Shown here piece by piece: positions 7,201 to 11,099 of a DNA stretch of 11,099 nucleotides. The first letter of the stretch is position 1. Every line of letters begins with the position of its first letter. The notes under the pieces are model-generated. The model made no database searches. It was not told the origin of the DNA and worked only from the letters and a program-made list of their open reading frames with translations. A program made the position numbers and the translations under genes. This DNA is from Deferribacterales bacterium (GTDB lineage Bacteria; Chrysiogenota; Deferribacteres; Deferribacterales; Geovibrionaceae): positions 1 to 11,099 of the forward strand of contig JBFWJG010000061.1 of assembly GCA_050253335.1 (NCBI GenBank). Reading direction: 5' to 3'.

Positions 7201-9846
7201 ATGCTCAAATCGGATTACAAGAAGATTCTTGATACCTCAAAAGGCAAAGTCGTAATGTACGACATCACCAAACTGGAAAAGGACGGACTGGCAGATATAA
7301 AACGCCTCCCCTATTCCATAAGAGTGCTTGTTGAAAATATGCTCAGAAAGCTTGACGGTCAGATAGTCACAAAGGAAGATGTTATCGATGTGGCTAACTG
7401 GAAGCCGTTTTATGAAGCCCCGAAGGAGATCCCCTATCATCCTGCAAGGGTAATAATGCAGGACTACACAGGTATTCCGGGGATAGTAGATCTTGCCGCA
7501 ATGAGAGACGCGGTTCAGGAAGCGGGCAGAAACCCTTCCGTCATTAATCCTCTTGTTCCGGTTGACCTCATAGTTGACCACTCCGTTCAGGTTGACTACT
7601 TCGGCAGTGAGGACAGCCTTGATAAAAACGTTGACCTTGAATACAAGCGCAACAGCGAACGCTATGCCGTGCTCAAGTGGGCGCAGAAAGCATTCCTCAA
7701 TGTCCGTATTGTTCCCCCCAGTTCGGGGATCTGTCATCAGGTCAACCTTGAGTATCTCGGCAAAGTAATAGACACAAGACAAATAGACGGCGAAACGGTC
7801 GCCATATGCGATACATGCGTGGGAACAGACTCCCACACACCCATGATAAACGCTATCGGCGTTATGGGCTGGGGCGTAGGCGGAATAGAGGCGGAGGCTG
7901 TAATGCTCGGCCAGCCTTACTACATGCCCATCCCTGAGGTCATCGGACTCAAGCTCACCGGAACAATAGCGGAAGGAATCACCGGAACAGACGTGATCCT
8001 CACAATCACTGAGCTTCTCAGGAAGCATAAGGTGGTTGAGAAATTCGTCGAGGCATTCGGCCCCGGCATCAAATCTCTCAAAATTCCGGACAGAGCCACA
8101 ATCTCCAACATGAGCCCCGAGTTCGGCGCAACCATGACATTTTTCCCCGTTGATGAGGAAACACTGCGCTTCCTCCGCTTCACAGGCAGAAATGACGAAG
8201 CTGAACTGGTAGAGAAATATACCAAGGCAAACGGACTCTTCTATGATGATTCCGTCACGCCTGAATACACAAAGGTGGTTGAGCTTGACCTCTCCACAAT
8301 CAAACCCTGTGTAGCAGGCCCCGCCAGACCGCAGGACAGAATCATTCTCAAAGACCTGCCCAAGGTTATGGATGACTATGCCGGAAAAGGCGCGGAAGTG
8401 CCTCTGAGCCTTCAGGGTGAGAACTTCACGCTGAAAAACGGCTCGGTCGTCATAGCCGCCATCACCTCATGCACAAACACATCAAACCCGTTTGTGATGA
8501 TCGGCGCGGGTCTTGTGGCGAAGAAAGCGGTTATGAAGGGGCTTCGCGTTCCCGCATATGTTAAGACAAGCCTTGCCCCGGGCTCCAAGGTGGTCACCGA
8601 CTATCTTGAAAAATCAGGTCTCATGCCCTATCTTCAGGCGCTCAGGTTCCACACCGCGGGCTACGGATGCACCACCTGCATAGGCAACGCAGGGCCGCTT
8701 CACCCCACAATAGAAAAAGCAGTGAAGGACAACAAGATGTCAGTCGCCGCTGTTCTCTCCGGCAACAGGAACTTCGAGGCGCGCATCCACGCCAATGTCC
8801 GTGCTAACTTCCTCGCATCCCCCATGCTTGTTGTGGCCTATGCACTCGCGGGGACAGTGAACATAAACATGGACACCGATCCCATCGCATACAACCCCAA
8901 TGACGAGCCTGTTTATCTCAAAGACTTGTGGCCTACATCAGAGGAGATATGGTCGCTTGTGGAATCCAGCCTCTCAAGCGAGGACTATCTCAAGGAATAC
9001 AGCCGCATACTCGAAGGCGACAAGTTCTGGGCGGCGCTTTCCGCCAACAAGAGCGAAATCTTTGACTGGCAGAAGGACTCCACATACATACGCAGACCCC
9101 CCTTCTTCGAAGGGTTTAAGCCTGTGCCTGCTCCCATAACGGATATTAAAGATGCAAGAGCCATAGCTCTCCTCGGCGATTCCGTTACCACAGACCACAT
9201 CAGCCCCGCAGGCTCGATTATGCCTGACTACCCGGCAGGGCAGTATCTCATCGCCCACGGCAACAGCAAGGCGGACTTCAACTCCTACGGCTCCAGAAGA
9301 GGAAACCACGAAGTAATGATGCGCGGAACCTTCGGCAACGTGAGAATAAAAAACAAACTCGCCGAGCCCAGAGAAGGCGGATATACGAAATATATCCCCA
9401 CGGGCGAAGAGATGTTTATCTATGACGCATCAATGAAATACATTGCCTCCGGCACGCCTACCGTCATCCTCGGCGGAAAGGAATACGGCACGGGTTCATC
9501 CCGTGACTGGGCGGCGAAGGGAACCAAGCTTCTGGGTATAAGGGCTGTCATAGCGGAAAGCTTTGAGCGCATTCACAGGAGCAACCTTGCGGGAATGGGC
9601 GTTCTGCCTCTGGTCTTCAAGAATGATCAGGGCTGGAAATCCCTCGGTCTGGACGGCTCGGAAACATTCACAATCGAAGGGCTTACCTCTGTTACACCCA
9701 GATGCACAATCAGGGTGAAAGCAGTGAAACCTGACGGCAAGGTGACCGAGTTTGACACAATGTGCAGGCTGGACACCGACATTGAGATCGAATACTTCAA
9801 ACACGGCGGAATATTGGATTTTGTTTTAAGAAAACTCATGAACTAA
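7201..9846 (+). CDS. acnA: Aconitate hydratase A
   Basis: 881 aa with RBS AGGAGG. Motifs RLPYSIRVL.EN, DLIVDHSVQVD, GICHQVNLEYL, GTDSHT, GWGVGGIEAE, AAITSCTNTSNP, GYGCTTCIGN (three cluster Cys in total), LSGNRNFE, TTDHISPAG, SYGSRRGNHEVMMRGTF and YGTGSSRDWAAKG. Confidence 0.97.
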   Translation: MLKSDYKKILDTSKGKVVMYDITKLEKDGLADIKRLPYSIRVLVENMLRKLDGQIVTKEDVIDVANWKPFYEAPKEIPYHPARVIMQDYTGIPGIVDLAAMRDAVQEAGRNPSVINPLVPVDLIVDHSVQVDYFGSEDSLDKNVDLEYKRNSERYAVLKWAQKAFLNVRIVPPSSGICHQVNLEYLGKVIDTRQIDGETVAICDTCVGTDSHTPMINAIGVMGWGVGGIEAEAVMLGQPYYMPIPEVIGLKLTGTIAEGITGTDVILTITELLRKHKVVEKFVEAFGPGIKSLKIPDRATISNMSPEFGATMTFFPVDEETLRFLRFTGRNDEAELVEKYTKANGLFYDDSVTPEYTKVVELDLSTIKPCVAGPARPQDRIILKDLPKVMDDYAGKGAEVPLSLQGENFTLKNGSVVIAAITSCTNTSNPFVMIGAGLVAKKAVMKGLRVPAYVKTSLAPGSKVVTDYLEKSGLMPYLQALRFHTAGYGCTTCIGNAGPLHPTIEKAVKDNKMSVAAVLSGNRNFEARIHANVRANFLASPMLVVAYALAGTVNINMDTDPIAYNPNDEPVYLKDLWPTSEEIWSLVESSLSSEDYLKEYSRILEGDKFWAALSANKSEIFDWQKDSTYIRRPPFFEGFKPVPAPITDIKDARAIALLGDSVTTDHISPAGSIMPDYPAGQYLIAHGNSKADFNSYGSRRGNHEVMMRGTFGNVRIKNKLAEPREGGYTKYIPTGEEMFIYDASMKYIASGTPTVILGGKEYGTGSSRDWAAKGTKLLGIRAVIAESFERIHRSNLAGMGVLPLVFKNDQGWKSLGLDGSETFTIEGLTSVTPRCTIRVKAVKPDGKVTEFDTMCRLDTDIEIEYFKHGGILDFVLRKLMN

Positions 9847-9854
9847 AAGAATAT

Positions 9855-9891
9855 CAGGGCACTTCGTACGGAGTGCCCTGCTTGCTTTTCT
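9855..9891 (+). terminator. Rho-independent terminator of slipin-acnA
   Basis: CAGGGCACTTC-GTAC-GGAGTGCCCTG forms an 11-bp stem with one G-U pair, 8 nt after the acnA stop, followed by CTTGCTTTTCT. Confidence 0.85.
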
Positions 9892-9955
9892 ATTCATCAT
9901 TAAATACAGGCACAATTTTCTGTACATCATGGAAAATTCAGGTATCTTCTTCTTT

Positions 9956-10519
9956 ATGAAATTCTTTGTCATTATCCTTTTAGTATTCATAACCCTCAAC
10001 GCTTATCCGCATCCCCATGTGTTTATAGACGTCGAAGCGGATATAGAGATAAAAGACGGAAAAATAAGCTCAATAACACAGCGATGGGTTTTTGATGAAA
10101 TGTTCAGTTCAATGGTTCTGATGGATTATGATAAAAACCGTAATAACAGAATAGATCTTAACGAAATTAATGATTTGAAAAAAGACTACTTTGACTATCT
10201 GGCTCACAGTTCATTCTTCACTTTTATCAAATACGGCAAAAAAACAATCAAATTTACCAAAGCCACAGACTTCATGCCTAATACTTCAAACAGAAAACTG
10301 ATTTACAGTTTCAGGCTCCAGCCCGATGTGCCTGTTGATGCTGCAAATGCTGACATTCTTATATATGACCCTACATACTATTCCAGCGTGAAGCTTGTAA
10401 ATGTCCGCAGCAATGCTGATAACAGAATAGTCACAATCAAATACGGCAATCTCACACAGGAAAGATATTATTACGGGCAGATAAGTCCTGAGGCAATTTC
10501 CATAAGGAGCAAAAAATGA
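9956..10519 (+). CDS. DUF1007-family periplasmic putative metal-binding protein (ZevA-like)
   Basis: A signal peptide MKFFVIILLVFITLNAYP is followed by the family motifs HPHVFID, WVFDEMFS, D.DKN.N..ID..E and YDPTYY. The start is ATG 9956, which gives a normal-length signal peptide, or 9929; neither has a strong RBS. Confidence 0.85.
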   Translation: MKFFVIILLVFITLNAYPHPHVFIDVEADIEIKDGKISSITQRWVFDEMFSSMVLMDYDKNRNNRIDLNEINDLKKDYFDYLAHSSFFTFIKYGKKTIKFTKATDFMPNTSNRKLIYSFRLQPDVPVDAANADILIYDPTYYSSVKLVNVRSNADNRIVTIKYGNLTQERYYYGQISPEAISIRSKK

Positions 10520-11099
10520 AAGTATTTCTGACTGTCTTTATTATAGCTCTGGCGGCTGCCTCGGTCAGCGCAAATCCGTTTGGCGGCCAGGAGCCCCGGC
10601 ACCAGGGAGATAAAGCTGTGTTTATTAATAAAATAACCGATGCACAGCAAACAATGCGAGAGAAAATAATAAAAAAAACATCCGAATACCGTGATTCGGA
10701 CTCCTCCGCAGTTTTGATTTTCTTTTTCTCTTTTCTATACGGTTTAGTTCATGCAGCAGGACCGGGACATAATAAAGCAGCAGTTTCCGCATATACGGTA
10801 AGCAACAAGCTGTCAAGATATAAAGCCGCTGTAATGGGCGGGCTGTCAGGGATATTTCACGGATTAACATCCATCGCAACAGTACTTATTGTATATTACC
10901 TGACTAAGTACAGTTTTGGAAAAACAATACAGAATACCGAAAAAATATTCATCACCGTAAGCTCCGCAGGTTTGTTCCTTTTCGGGATATATTTGTTTTT
11001 CTCCTCTTTCAAAAAAGAAACAAACGATAAAAAGCAAAACGCTCTTTTTACTCTTATATCAGGTATAATTCCTTGTCCTGCGACATTCATAGTGCTGAC
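10516..11099 (+). CDS. RcnA/NiCoT-like transition-metal permease (ZevB-like); 3' end lies outside the window
   Basis: Not in the ORF track because it has no stop in the window. The ATG overlaps the DUF1007 stop (ATGA 10516-10519) with RBS AAGGAG, and the frame is open to the window end: MKVFLTVFIIALAAASVSANPFGG...FSFLYGLVHAAGPGHNKAAVSAY...GIFHG...LISGIIPCPATFIVL. HAxxPGHxK and GxxPCP are RcnA/NiCoT-like signatures, with several hydrophobic segments. Confidence 0.88.
   Translation, partial: MKVFLTVFIIALAAASVSANPFGGQEPRHQGDKAVFINKITDAQQTMREKIIKKTSEYRDSDSSAVLIFFFSFLYGLVHAAGPGHNKAAVSAYTVSNKLSRYKAAVMGGLSGIFHGLTSIATVLIVYYLTKYSFGKTIQNTEKIFITVSSAGLFLFGIYLFFSSFKKETNDKKQNALFTLISGIIPCPATFIVL

Noticed and set aside
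7237..8028. 263-aa antisense ORF inside acnA (also 7920-8225, 8974-9309, 9496-9804 and others)
   Set aside because: Shadow ORFs of a codon-biased gene, with no recognisable motifs or RBS.
7201..9846. AcnD (2-methylcitrate pathway) identity or an IRE-like regulatory hairpin
   Set aside because: GYGCTTCIGN is the AcnA-type motif, no prp genes are adjacent, and I saw no CAGUG-loop stem in the flanking untranslated regions.
10671..10678. A8 run in the permease as a possible frameshift or phase-variation tract
   Set aside because: The reading frame is intact through it (ATA AAA AAA ACA), and A8 is unremarkable in AT-rich, Lys-coding sequence.
10625..11090. Minus-strand ORFs 10625-10879 and 10896-11090
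   Set aside because: They are antisense to the RcnA/NiCoT-like CDS starting at 10516.

Overview
Bacterial chromosomal window of moderate GC. A Deferribacterota or deltaproteobacterial-type Gram-negative origin is my impression only and cannot be proven here. Minus strand, reading right to left: a tightly coupled housekeeping run yicC/yloC-gmk-rpoZ-coaBC-udg (family 4), then three exported envelope proteins. These are a CsgG/HfaB-like lipoprotein with a FlgT-C-like tail, an LPP20/FlgP-like exported protein, and a FlgT-N-like exported protein that runs off the left edge and is missing from the ORF track. Plus strand, divergent from yicC: a stomatin/slipin (SPFH) gene coupled to aconitase A and closed by an intrinsic terminator. 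After that comes an AT-richer pair, a DUF1007 periplasmic protein and an RcnA/NiCoT-like permease; the permease runs off the right edge and is also missing from the ORF track. The best candidate for an uncharacterised system is the three-gene envelope cluster (1-2763), which carries the domain types of the Vibrio FlgT/FlgO/FlgP H-ring with no flagellar or curli genes visible in the window. No RNA genes, CRISPR arrays, mobile elements or long repeats were seen. All family calls come from motif recognition by eye, not database searches.
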